DNA from: Candidatus Hydrogenedentota bacterium | GTDB taxonomy: Bacteria; Hydrogenedentota; Hydrogenedentia; Hydrogenedentales; JAEUWI01 | Assembly: GCA_034669905.1 (NCBI GenBank) | Contig: JAXMOL010000013.1 | Location: forward strand, 64,001-128,000 | Direction of reading: 5' to 3' | DNA length: 64,000 nucleotides | Shown: piece by piece, positions 50,740 to 60,194 of the stretch | Position numbering within the stretch: the first letter of the stretch is position 1 | Layout of the letters: each line of letters starts with the position of its first letter | The notes under the pieces: generated by a model | Databases searched by the model: none | Told to the model about the DNA's origin: nothing | What the model saw: only the letters and a program-made list of their open reading frames with translations | Position numbers and translations under genes: made by a program

Positions 50740-52041
50740 TTAGAAATACCGGAGGTAGAGATACACGCTTGAAATGGCCGACGTCAGAATCATGATGGGG
50801 AAACCGGCCTTCGAAAATTCCAGAAAGGTAATGGGGCAGTTATTACGTTTGCCCACCTGTGCGATGACCACGTTGGCGGAAGCACCAATCAGCGTGCCGT
50901 TGCCACCGAGACAGGCTCCCAGGGCCAATGCCCAATAGAGCGGCGCGGCGATGGTGGCGTGAATGAGTTCGGGGTCGTCGCTGATTCCCATTTGCGATGC
51001 AAAGGTGGGGATCATGATCTTGATCAGGGGGAGCATGGCAATCACCAGGGGGATGTTATCCACAATGGCCGAGGCAATGGCGCCGGTCCAGAGGATGACC
51101 AAAGCCGTCGCCAGGAGATTGCCCTTGGTGGCGCCCACCAGGAACTCGCCGGATTTCTCAAAGAGACCGTTGTGTTCCAACGCACTGATGAGCATGAAAA
51201 GCCCGATGAAAAAGAGAATGGTGCCCCATTCCACTTTCTGGAGGGCGGCGTGCACATCGATCTTGCAGACGATCATCATGAGCACCGCACCGGCCAGGGC
51301 CACAATGCCCGGCTCAAACCCGGTAAGGCGGCTGGTGAAGAACCCGAGGATGATGAGGGCCAACACAGCCAGGCAGCGATTGAGGAGGCTGTGGTCGAGA
51401 ATGGCCAGGCGGGGTTCGGCCATCATGACCCGTCGCTGCGCTTCCACCGGCGCATTCAGAGATGCCCCGAGTTGGAAACGGGCAATGGCCAGGCAGACCA
51501 GGGTGATGACGACCACGATGGGCCCGAGATTAACCACGAAGTCGTTGAAACTCAGGGACGTGGCAGAGCCAATAATGATATTGGGCGGGTCGCCAATGAG
51601 GGTGGCTGTGCCGCCGATGTTGGAGAAGATGGCCAGCAGGATGAGTATGGGGGCGGTACGCACTTCCAGCAACTGGGTGATCAGAATCGTGATGGGCGCG
51701 ATCAAGATGACAGTGGTCACGTTGTCGAGAAGGGCCGAAAGGACCGCCGTAACGAGGAGGAACTGGACCACGATCTTTTTTGCGTTCCCCTTGGCGCGCT
51801 GGGCAATGGCGATGGCGAGCCACTCCAGGAACCCCGTTTCCGACAATATGCTCATGACAATCATCATGCCGATAAGCAAGAAGAGCACGTTCATATCCAC
51901 GCTTTCCACGGCCACCTCGTAGGGCACCAGGTGGAGGAGGATAACGGCGGAAGCACCGGCCAGGGCGGCGGCGGTTTTGTCGACCAGTTCAAAGGCGATC
52001 AGGACATAGACGGCCAGGAAAATTACGAGCGAGAGAATCAT
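50740..52041 (-). CDS. ArsB/NhaD-family (P-protein-like) anion permease
   Basis: SALLDNVTT, SNIGGTATLIGDPPN, SAIVDNIP, GGNGTLIGASAN. Confidence 0.9.
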   Translation of the reverse strand: MILSLVIFLAVYVLIAFELVDKTAAALAGASAVILLHLVPYEVAVESVDMNVLFLLIGMMIVMSILSETGFLEWLAIAIAQRAKGNAKKIVVQFLLVTAVLSALLDNVTTVILIAPITILITQLLEVRTAPILILLAIFSNIGGTATLIGDPPNIIIGSATSLSFNDFVVNLGPIVVVITLVCLAIARFQLGASLNAPVEAQRRVMMAEPRLAILDHSLLNRCLAVLALIILGFFTSRLTGFEPGIVALAGAVLMMIVCKIDVHAALQKVEWGTILFFIGLFMLISALEHNGLFEKSGEFLVGATKGNLLATALVILWTGAIASAIVDNIPLVIAMLPLIKIMIPTFASQMGISDDPELIHATIAAPLYWALALGACLGGNGTLIGASANVVIAQVGKRNNCPITFLEFSKAGFPIMILTSAISSVYLYLRYF

Positions 52042-52050
52042 TTTGGAAAC

Positions 52051-52974
52051 CTAGTAGTTGAGGACGCGGTTGAGTACCGCGATGCGGTCGATAATACCCA
52101 TAAGCTTGCCGTCACGTACGACGAAGACTTTGGGGTGGCCCTGGACGGAGAGTTCAAAGATGACTTCCAGCAACGTGGCATCTTCGGGGAGGGCCGCGTA
52201 GTTCTGGGTCATTACGTCGGAGGCGACACCTGCTTTCAAGGCCTTGAAGTAGTTCTCAAAGGGATCGAACTTCTTTACGAAGGCCACGCTCTTAAGTTGC
52301 CCGAAGAATTCCGGGAGGCCGTAACGGAAGAGAAGGTCGCAGGAGACGATGCCGACCAGGGTCCCGTCATGGTCTACCACGCTGGTTGCTTCCAGGTGGT
52401 GGGTCTGGAGGAGGCGGGTCACTTCGGTTAAGGGGGTTTCGGGGTAAACGGTGTAGAAGGGTTTCCGCATGATGTTGCGGGCCGTCAATACCCGGTCCGT
52501 GTCGGGATCGAGGCCGTCCAGCAGGGCCATCAAGGCGCCTACATCTTCTGCATTGTCGACGGCCTGGCGATTGGTGCTGCTCGACATGAGCCCGGCCACT
52601 TCCGCCATGATGCTCAAGGTGGCCGCCGGGTCTTCGAGGGGGGCCAGCAAGAGGCACACAATCCGGACTGGTTCCTGATCGGCCGCGCCAAAGTCCATGC
52701 CGGGGGTCAGTGTGGCCATACAGGCAACCGGTTTGTCCAGTCCTTCAATGCGGGCGTGGGGGAAGGCGCAGCCATGGCCCAGGCCGGAGGAGCGCTCGGC
52801 TTCCCGGAGCATGACGGCTTCGTAGATGGCGTCTTCCGCCAGGGCTTCGCCGCCTACAGTGGGATTGGCTTTGGCCACCAGGGCGCAGAGCTCACTTAAC
52901 AATTCGCTTCGGCCTTCGGCCGCGATGTGAACACGAATCAGTTCGGGGGTCAATAACTTTGGTAGGTGCATCAT
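52051..52974 (-). CDS. PTS EIIA(Fru/Ntr)-like domain fused to a CBS pair
   Basis: REAERSSGLGHGCAFPHAR (phospho-His), GMDFGAAD; C-terminal TARNIM...VVD..G.LVGIVS and DVMT...GIID. Confidence 0.88.
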   Translation of the reverse strand: MMHLPKLLTPELIRVHIAAEGRSELLSELCALVAKANPTVGGEALAEDAIYEAVMLREAERSSGLGHGCAFPHARIEGLDKPVACMATLTPGMDFGAADQEPVRIVCLLLAPLEDPAATLSIMAEVAGLMSSSTNRQAVDNAEDVGALMALLDGLDPDTDRVLTARNIMRKPFYTVYPETPLTEVTRLLQTHHLEATSVVDHDGTLVGIVSCDLLFRYGLPEFFGQLKSVAFVKKFDPFENYFKALKAGVASDVMTQNYAALPEDATLLEVIFELSVQGHPKVFVVRDGKLMGIIDRIAVLNRVLNY

Positions 52975-53168
52975 TGGCGTAGGGCCTCGGGGATTCTTGC
53001 AGTATGCGAAGGGAGCACGGAAGAGAAGGTATATTACAGAAGGGGTCTGAACCCATCCCGGCAGAGTCTATCGCGACAGCAGAATCCCCGTCAAACGGGT
53101 GGCCCCCCAGATGATACACCTATGACAGAATGCTTAGAATTTACAGGGAAATGAGGCAATAATCAGCC

Positions 53169-54938
53169 TTATTTCTTGTTCAAGTCCCAATTATTTTTCA
53201 ACACAGTATGAAGTTCCGGGGACAAGCGCTGGTTGGAGAAGAGGCCCACGCCGGCGTATCCCTCCTTTGTAACAAGGTCGATTTGGGACTGGAGGGTGTC
53301 GGTGGTGACGGGCACGGTCTGGCGGCCTTCGCGGCGGTAGAGGGCCAACAGGGGCACGATGCGCGATTTGTCTACGCCTTCCGTCTGCCAGGCCAGGGCG
53401 CTGGAGAGGGCTTCGGTGCTTCCAAAATAATCCATGGGGTAGACCACGTCGATGTAGTCCCGCGCGATCCAGGTTTTCCACTCCTGGAAGACATGATTCA
53501 CATGGAATTCCCGGGGGGTGGTGGCGGCACCGAGGAGGAGGCCAGGCCGGTGGGCCTGCAGGGTTTCCCGCACCATAGCCACCACTTCGGTCACCTGGTC
53601 ACAACGAAACTGGGTCCAGGTCGCGTTCAGGGCGATGAGTTGTTGGGCACCGGGTTCCGCTGCCCGTTCGGAGAGGAACCAGTCCACCGATTTGTCCAAC
53701 AGGGCAATGCCCGCGTCGCCGTCGTAGTTGAGGAGGACGTCGAAATTGAAGAGTAGAGAACGGCCTTCGCCGAGGGAGCTAAGCAAGAGGGCCGGGGCCT
53801 CGTCGGAGAAGTGGGCCAACACGGTCGTGCTTTCAAGCGGCTCGGCGAGGGCGTTGGCCGAGCCGGTGACCGCACCCCCTTCGACGCCAGCGGTGACCGG
53901 GTGGACGTTTTCCACCCGCAAGTCGCGCGTTTGGGGGGCGACATAGCGACTGCGGGCCTTCATCCCCAAGATTGGACCGAGGGTGTCCGCGTGGCTTTTC
54001 ATGGCGGTGGTGGGGGCATCGAGGAAAATCACGTTGCCGCCTTCCGACACGAAACGATGGAGTTTTTCGATGAGGGCTTCGGGCAGGTCATAGTAGCAGG
54101 CGATAAGCACCGTGCCACCGGCGGGGACGACATCAAAGAGCCCTTCAGTTTCGGGGACGATCTTAAAGGGGGCTCCGATGCGGTTCAGGGTCGTGAGGAG
54201 GCTCGAGAGGTACCAGTCCTTCCCGGCCCAGCTATTGGGTTGGAGGCAATAGACCACATTGGTGCTCCATTTTTCGGGATGACGGTAGAGTTCCAGGGGG
54301 TCGGCGCCATGCCTGGCTTCAAAGGCCTTTCGGGCTGTCGGGGTGTAGCCCATGTGAGAACCGAGGTAGCGGATGTAGTCGAGCATCACCCCGTCGATGT
54401 CGTAGGACAGCAGGTCGATGACCAGTTGTTGAAGGTAGGTCCGCACTTCGGGGTGGGCGGGATCGAAGGAGAGGGTCTTGCCCTGTTGCGCTTCGGTGTC
54501 GAGGGCGAACCAGTCGGGATGGGGCAGGGTGCCGCCGGCCGATTGGATGACATAGGGCGCGCCTCCGGCGACAAGGAAGGGGAAGAAGGGGATGACCTTA
54601 ATGTCCCGTGCGTGGGCTTCTTCAACCAAGACGGCCAGGGGGTCCATGTCCCGGTTTTTTGTGATGACGCCTTTGGGGAAGATGGCGTGTTCCGTGTGGA
54701 AGAAGTAGTTTCCATGGCCATAGGCCGAGGGATAAAGTTCGTTGATGCCCGCGGCGGCCACCGAATCGACCAGGTTTCGCAGTTGGGCGCGATCCATTTC
54801 CCACCAGAAGGTCGTTGCGTATTCGGAACGGGGTCCTGTAGAGGCAAGAAAGAGGCCACGGGATTCCAGGTCTTGCGCCATTACGGGCGCCGTGAGGAAG
54901 GTGACTACGGCGAGGAGGAGTAGGAGGAAATACTTCAC
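53169..54938 (-). CDS. GHL10 (DUF187-like) glycoside hydrolase with an inserted class I GATase-like domain
   Basis: Signal peptide from GTG 54938; DPLAVLVEEAHARDIKV, DPAHPEVR, YDIDGVMLDYIRY, QEWKTW...PMDY; insert FVSEGGNVI...LGEGR. Confidence 0.78.
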   Translation of the reverse strand: MKYFLLLLLAVVTFLTAPVMAQDLESRGLFLASTGPRSEYATTFWWEMDRAQLRNLVDSVAAAGINELYPSAYGHGNYFFHTEHAIFPKGVITKNRDMDPLAVLVEEAHARDIKVIPFFPFLVAGGAPYVIQSAGGTLPHPDWFALDTEAQQGKTLSFDPAHPEVRTYLQQLVIDLLSYDIDGVMLDYIRYLGSHMGYTPTARKAFEARHGADPLELYRHPEKWSTNVVYCLQPNSWAGKDWYLSSLLTTLNRIGAPFKIVPETEGLFDVVPAGGTVLIACYYDLPEALIEKLHRFVSEGGNVIFLDAPTTAMKSHADTLGPILGMKARSRYVAPQTRDLRVENVHPVTAGVEGGAVTGSANALAEPLESTTVLAHFSDEAPALLLSSLGEGRSLLFNFDVLLNYDGDAGIALLDKSVDWFLSERAAEPGAQQLIALNATWTQFRCDQVTEVVAMVRETLQAHRPGLLLGAATTPREFHVNHVFQEWKTWIARDYIDVVYPMDYFGSTEALSSALAWQTEGVDKSRIVPLLALYRREGRQTVPVTTDTLQSQIDLVTKEGYAGVGLFSNQRLSPELHTVLKNNWDLNKK

Positions 54939-55149
54939 AGCACATTCTTTCGTTGGGTTGTTGGGGGGCGACGAGCGGTCGACGGGGGCGCCCCGAGGGC
55001 AGGGTTGGCCTCGCAACTCTAACGTGGTACCAAAAGGGAGTTCAAGGTAGGCGGGGTGTTCGCCCGTTCCCTGGCTTGGAAAGGGACTTCGTTTTCGGTA
55101 TGCTAATCGCTTTCGAGCTTTTATTGAATCAATCGGAGGTTGCGCATCC

Positions 55150-57171
55150 ATGGAAGGCTTCAAAGGGCTGGGCGGACTTCGCCCGAGCACCATTTTGCTG
55201 GCGGGCTTGTCCCTGTCGATAGGCTGGGGGATTCGGGGGAATTTTGGCCATGAGTATGGCGCCATGATTCCCGGGGCCCTCACCGCCATCGCGGTGTGTC
55301 TGCTATCTGGGCGGGATGACTGGCGCGATCGGGTGGCCTATTTCGGCATGTTTGGTGCCCTGGGCTGGGCCTTTGGCGGCTCTATGTCGTACATGCAGGT
55401 GGTGGCCTACACCCACTCGGGTCAATTGGCGAGCCAGCATTTTGGATTCTTTGGCCTGTTCTTCATCGGCTTCCTCTGGGCGGCCATGGGGGGCGCGGGT
55501 ACGGCCTTTCCGGCGGTGGTGGACAAGGAGCGTCTCACCGCCATCTTCCGACCCCTGTGCTGGATATTCGTAGGCTGGATTATCTTTAATAAGTTCCTGC
55601 TCTATTATTTCGAGACCCTCTTTCCCGCCAATTATGACGCCACGTGGTCCCGCCAGGCGGCCTACACCTATTGGTTTGATGCGGACTGGATGGAGACGAC
55701 TGCGGCCATCGTTGTCCTGCTGGCCTTTGAGTTGTGGGACAACCGTGCGGAGCACCTGGGGCGCTTTAAGGTGGCGTTGTTGCCCCTCTGTGTGGGGGCC
55801 TTTGCGCTGCTGGGATTTCTCGTCCACCTGGTGCTGTATTTCACGGGGACGGACACGGTCGTGGCAAATGCCCTCGTGCACTATCAGGTAAGCCCGGAGT
55901 TTGTGGCAGCGGCCGCGGTGGAACGGGGACTGAGCGAAGCGGCAGTCTTGTCGGACCAATTGATCAACTGGCCCAATGTGGTGTTGTTTTTTCCGGAGCA
56001 CGTGGGGTGGTTTATCGGGGCCCTCATCGGGCTGGCGGTGTATTTCGTACGCTTCGGCCGATTCGGTTCCGGGGCCTCCCTCTTCATGCACATGTGCCTC
56101 GGTTGGTTCGGGTGTTTCCTACTCTTTCCCGTGCTGCTCGGCCACCCCATTTACGAGGGCGAAATGTGGTTTCGCATGACCCCGCCCCGGGGCGACAACT
56201 GGGCGGGTGTTCTCGGTGTGGTCATTGGCACGGCCATCTGGTTGATTCGGAATCAATACGTCCCCGTGGTCTACGCCATGCTGGTCAGTGGCATCATTGG
56301 GGGGCTGGGCTTTTCCGGCGGACAGCTCATCAAACTCATGGGCCTTCGGCCGGGGAACCGTGAGGTCACCGCCGACCCCGCGATTGTGGAGCAGTGGACC
56401 CATTGGAACAGCGCCAACTGGCACAGCATCCTGGAACAGACCTATGGCTTTTTCAACGGCGTGGGGATTGCCATTGCCATGGGCCTGTTGGCGACCCGCG
56501 TGGGACGGAACGATGGGAAGCCCACGAAGCACCGTTGGACGGCGGTCTTCGCGGTCGCCTTCGTGTTGTTTGGTGTTTCCTATCTCAACATGTTCAAGAA
56601 TGTGTTGCAGTGGGTGAAAGATGATGCCCTGCCCGCTGTCATGGCCATGCCGTTGGTGGATGGGGTGGAGTGGTCCGCCGCCGTCTGGTTTAACATCATC
56701 TTCGGATTCGCGGCCCTCGTGGGGGTCATCCTGCTGTCCCGCCATTTGCGGAATCCGATTGCCTTGGTACCCGCGACGGCGGTTGGTAAAGGGCAATTGC
56801 TCTATATCGCCTTCCTTGCGACGGTTACCGTGATGAACTTCGAGCGGGCACTTGCGGCCTTCAGTGCCGGTCGCCTCATCACCGAAGGGGTGATTTTTCT
56901 GAATGCCATTGTGGCGGTCCTGCTCATCGTGCTCCTGCCGCGGGAAGGCAAGACCGTCCCCCGTGTGGGCCTCGTCGATTACGGACATAGCCTGTATCGC
57001 ACGGCTTGGTTAGGGTTGGTTGCGTTGTTGATTGCAACGTTGGGGATGACCTGGGTTGCCCGCGGACTCTATGGGAGTAGTTTTTCCGGCCATGCGGGTG
57101 AGCAATTCCGCTTTGGAGACGACGCCACCTGGAAAGTAAAGCCCACGGAGAAAAGCAAGAAGCACAGCTGA
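55150..57171 (+). CDS. Large polytopic membrane protein of unknown function
   Basis: More than 14 hydrophobic segments; Gly-rich motifs IGWGIRGNFGHEYGA, FGGSMSYMQ, MTPPRGDNW, NWHSILEQTYG. Confidence 0.8.
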   Translation: MEGFKGLGGLRPSTILLAGLSLSIGWGIRGNFGHEYGAMIPGALTAIAVCLLSGRDDWRDRVAYFGMFGALGWAFGGSMSYMQVVAYTHSGQLASQHFGFFGLFFIGFLWAAMGGAGTAFPAVVDKERLTAIFRPLCWIFVGWIIFNKFLLYYFETLFPANYDATWSRQAAYTYWFDADWMETTAAIVVLLAFELWDNRAEHLGRFKVALLPLCVGAFALLGFLVHLVLYFTGTDTVVANALVHYQVSPEFVAAAAVERGLSEAAVLSDQLINWPNVVLFFPEHVGWFIGALIGLAVYFVRFGRFGSGASLFMHMCLGWFGCFLLFPVLLGHPIYEGEMWFRMTPPRGDNWAGVLGVVIGTAIWLIRNQYVPVVYAMLVSGIIGGLGFSGGQLIKLMGLRPGNREVTADPAIVEQWTHWNSANWHSILEQTYGFFNGVGIAIAMGLLATRVGRNDGKPTKHRWTAVFAVAFVLFGVSYLNMFKNVLQWVKDDALPAVMAMPLVDGVEWSAAVWFNIIFGFAALVGVILLSRHLRNPIALVPATAVGKGQLLYIAFLATVTVMNFERALAAFSAGRLITEGVIFLNAIVAVLLIVLLPREGKTVPRVGLVDYGHSLYRTAWLGLVALLIATLGMTWVARGLYGSSFSGHAGEQFRFGDDATWKVKPTEKSKKHS

Positions 57172-57213
57172 GTTTCGGCACCACCGTATTCAGGTGCCAC
57201 ATGTACATCCTTT

Positions 57214-57258
57214 ACGCCGCCGGGCGGGAGTAATTCCTGTCCGGCGGCGTTTTGTTTT
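57214..57258 (+). terminator. Rho-independent terminator
   Basis: ACGCCGCCGGGCGGGA-GTAAT-TCCTGTCCGGCGGCGT followed by TTTGTTTT. Confidence 0.75.
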
Positions 57259-57264
57259 GCCCTC

Positions 57265-58007
57265 CTTGGTAAAGCCGCGAGCAAGCTCGCTCCGTGAAAA
57301 CGTAAGCAAGCTTACGCACTCCAGGGGGCTTGCCTTGTTTTCGGGAGGGATACTCTTTGGAGTGTGGCAGCTTGCTGCCGCCCTTATTTGGGGAGCTTGC
57401 TCCCCGGGGTGGTACGGTCGGCGGGTAATCCGCGTGGGCCACGTTGGATTCAGCGCCATTCTTGGTAATGCCGCGAGCAAGCTCGCTCCGTGAAAGCGTA
57501 AGCAAGCTTACGCACTCCAGAGGTTGCCCCTGGATGATCGAAGTGCGCCTTCTTTGGAGTGTGGCAGCTTGCTGCCGCCCTTATTTGGGGAGCTTGCTCC
57601 CCGGGGTGGGGCGGAATGAGGCGTGTCGGCGTGGGTCATGTCGCGCGTGGGCATGCTTTCGAGATTAGGCGGGTGTGGACGGCGGTGTACGGATGTCTGG
57701 CAACCCGAAAATGTACTGAGGGTATTAGTCCGCGTAGCGGATGACGGCTTAAAGCCTGGGGTAGAGCGTAGCGGAACCCCAGGAACAGATTTCGAAAAAG
57801 TACTAACCCGCGTAGCGGGTGACGGAAGGGCACCGTTGGGGGTGTAGATGCGCCGATGGAACACTTCGAGGTCCCGCCACCCGCTTCGTGGGTGGAATGT
57901 AAAGACTGATGGCGCCGGATGATTGCGTCCAATTTCGCCTCGTTGCGACCGCGAGCAAGCTCGCTTATAGAAAGCGTAAGCAAGCTTACGCACTCCAGAG
58001 GGTGCCC
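57265..58007. repeat. Composite REP/BIME-like cluster (A-pair, A-pair, B element, A-half)
   Basis: Family A units at 57274-57412 and 57470-57610 (196-bp period) and 57949-58007; family B at 57728-57893. Confidence 0.88.
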
Positions 58008-58023
58008 TCTTGGCGCAAGGCGT

Positions 58024-58099
58024 ATTTAGGCAAGCCTAAATAAAAATTGATCTATTATGTATTTCATGATAGGATTTTAAAAATTAGGAGTAACTAAAT
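58024..58099 (+). promoter_or_regulatory. Sigma70 promoter with two TTAG-N6-CTAA operator-like sites
   Basis: Palindrome ATTTAGGC-AA-GCCTAAAT (58024-58041); TTGATC-17-TAGGAT (58047-58075) with extended TG; second site AATTAGGAGTAACTAAAT (58082-58099). Confidence 0.65.
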
Positions 58100-58143
58100 A
58101 ATAAATTAAAGAAGCAACAATACGTCCAATGGAGAATCTGATC

Positions 58144-59124
58144 ATGAAAACACGCAACGGATTTACCCTTATCGAACTCCTGGTGGTCATCGCCATCATC
58201 GGTATTCTGGCGGCCATCCTGCTCCCGGCCCTCGCCCGGGCACGGGAGGCTGCGCGTCGGGCCAGCTGCCAGAACAATCTCAAGCAGCTGGGCATCGTCT
58301 TTAAGATGTACAGCAACGAAAGCGCGGGGGAGTTGTATCCCTCCATGAAAAACTACCACTGTGACGGCACCATCAGCGCCTGGGAGCAGATTTACGATCC
58401 GGCCCAGATCTATCCCGAATACCTCAATGACCTCGACGTGGGGATTTGCCCGAGCAATCCCAACGGCACGACGGCGGTGGAAACCTGGGACCGGGGAAAC
58501 ACGGGGAGTGACAACGCCCTGTCTAACGAGGTGGCCCCTTATCTGGACAATGGCCGGGTGGACTTGTGTGAGGTGACCGATCATCCCTACACGTATATCG
58601 GATGGGTTATCACCCCCGAGATGACCGATGACCCCACGGATGTGGCGGCCTTTGAGGCCGAGGTGATCGCCCAGGGCAATGCCATTTTTGCGGACCCGTT
58701 CATGGTGGAGGAAGATTGGCCTGTGGCGGCGGGACTGGGCAATGGTGGGGGCGACACGATTTCCCGGTTGCGCGAGGGGATCGAGCGCTTCCTGATTACA
58801 GACATCAACAATCCCGGCGGGAGTGCCAAGGCCCAGTCGCAACTCTACATCATGGGCGATAACATTGCCGACGACGGCCACTTCAACCACGTGCCGGGCG
58901 GCTGCAACATCCTCTACATGGACGGGCACGTAGCCTATGTGAAGTGGGGGCAGGCCGAAGGCACGGCGACATTCAACGGCATCGCCTTCCCCAGTAACCG
59001 CCTCTTTCCCATGAACGTCTATGGGATTATTTTCCACACCATGCTGCACCGATTCAGCGATGGTCCGGAAAACGAGTTCTACGTCAACACACCCTACCCC
59101 GGAGCCTTTCCTGGAGAGATCTGA
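58144..59124 (+). CDS. DUF1559-family prepilin-type N-methylation / H-X9-DG-CTERM protein
   Basis: [72 protein letters not shown]. Confidence 0.93.
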   Translation: MKTRNGFTLIELLVVIAIIGILAAILLPALARAREAARRASCQNNLKQLGIVFKMYSNESAGELYPSMKNYHCDGTISAWEQIYDPAQIYPEYLNDLDVGICPSNPNGTTAVETWDRGNTGSDNALSNEVAPYLDNGRVDLCEVTDHPYTYIGWVITPEMTDDPTDVAAFEAEVIAQGNAIFADPFMVEEDWPVAAGLGNGGGDTISRLREGIERFLITDINNPGGSAKAQSQLYIMGDNIADDGHFNHVPGGCNILYMDGHVAYVKWGQAEGTATFNGIAFPSNRLFPMNVYGIIFHTMLHRFSDGPENEFYVNTPYPGAFPGEI

Positions 59125-59130
59125 GTCCCG

Positions 59131-60132
59131 TGCCACCCGCTGGTCTTCGGTCCGCTTCGCGGGTAGAACGTGAGGCATGGTTACGTCGAATCAAATCGAA
59201 TCAACGCCATCCATGGTAATGCCGCGAGCAAGCTCGCTGAGGGAAAGCGTAAGCAAGCTTACGCACTCCAGAGGTTGCCCCTTGGATGATTGAAGTGCGC
59301 CCTCTTTGGCGTGTGGCAGCTTGCTGCCGCCCTTCTTTGGGGAGCTTGCTCCCCAGGGTGGGGCGGTAGACGGTTTCCGCGTGGGCATCATCTGGGACGA
59401 GACAACCCAAACGGATGCAAGCGGAAAGTTCTTGTTCAAGAACCTGCCTGTGGGAAAAGCCATGGTAAGTGATGGGCTCGGTAACTCGAAAGGAGCGGAT
59501 TGGGAAGATCACTATGTCTCCGATGACGTGGGAAACGATTTGGACGACGTTTTTATTCAGTCGGGACAAACCGTGTGGGTGGTACTTGGAGAGCCGGGCG
59601 CATCCCATGCGGAATAGCGTTTGCTGCCTTCTATTGGGCAGTAGGCGCGTGAGGACGGCGGTGTGCGTATAATTTCGTGGCAAAGAATAGAGTTCGGCTT
59701 CTAATCCGCGTAGCGGATGACAGCGTAGAGCCTGGGGTGGAGCGCAGCGGAACCCCGGGAACACGCGTCAGAAGCCGCGCAAACCCGCGAAGCGGGTGGC
59801 GGCGAGGTGACCATCGGGGTTAGCGGGAGGTTAAGGGCATATCGAGATTGCTGCCACCCGCGCCGCGGGTTCATGGTTTATCGCCCACCTAATCTGGGGT
59901 TCGCTCGTGCCTCGCTTCACCCCAGGCTTTAGGCCGTTACCCGCTCCGCGGGTGAAATGCGCAGGATGATTTCGTCGGATGATCGCGTCCGGACTTGGCA
60001 TTCGTAATGCCGCGAGCAAGCTCGCTGAGGGAAAGCGTAAGCAAGCTTACGCACTCCAGAGGTTGCCCCTTGGATGATTGAAGTGCGCCCTTCTTTGGGG
60101 AGCTTGCTCCCCAGGGTGGGGCGGTAGACGGT
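59131..60132. repeat. Composite REP/BIME-like cluster (B-part, A-pair, insert, B element, A-pair)
   Basis: Family A units at 59216-59370 and 60005-60132, near-identical; family B at 59702-59955 and partial at 59131-59164. Confidence 0.88.
59381..59617 (+). pseudogene. 3' fragment of a carboxypeptidase-regulatory-like domain gene
   Basis: Frame reads TTQTDASGKFLFKNLPVG...VFIQSGQTVWVVL then stop; no RBS, and the 5' end abuts a REP unit. Confidence 0.5.
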
Positions 60133-60194
60133 GTGCCAGCGCGGGACATTTCGGGCGTATCATCTCCTGGTGAATGGCGAATAGGGCGCAGTCC

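Noticed and set aside
54939..55289. Longer N-terminus of the GHL10 ORF overlapping the divergent gene
   Set aside because: The signal peptide starts at GTG 54938; the extension is not protein-like and overlaps gene 55150.
57190..57993. Small ORFs sharing ECVSLLT / GGSKLPHSK peptides
   Set aside because: Translations of REP palindromes, not genes.
57265..60132. CRISPR array
   Set aside because: Units are 140-200 bp multi-hairpin modules with homologous linkers and irregular spacing; no unique spacers and no cas genes.
57265..60132. Integron attC cassette array
   Set aside because: No integrase, no RYYYAAC/GTTRRRY ends recognised, and the gene has its own promoter.
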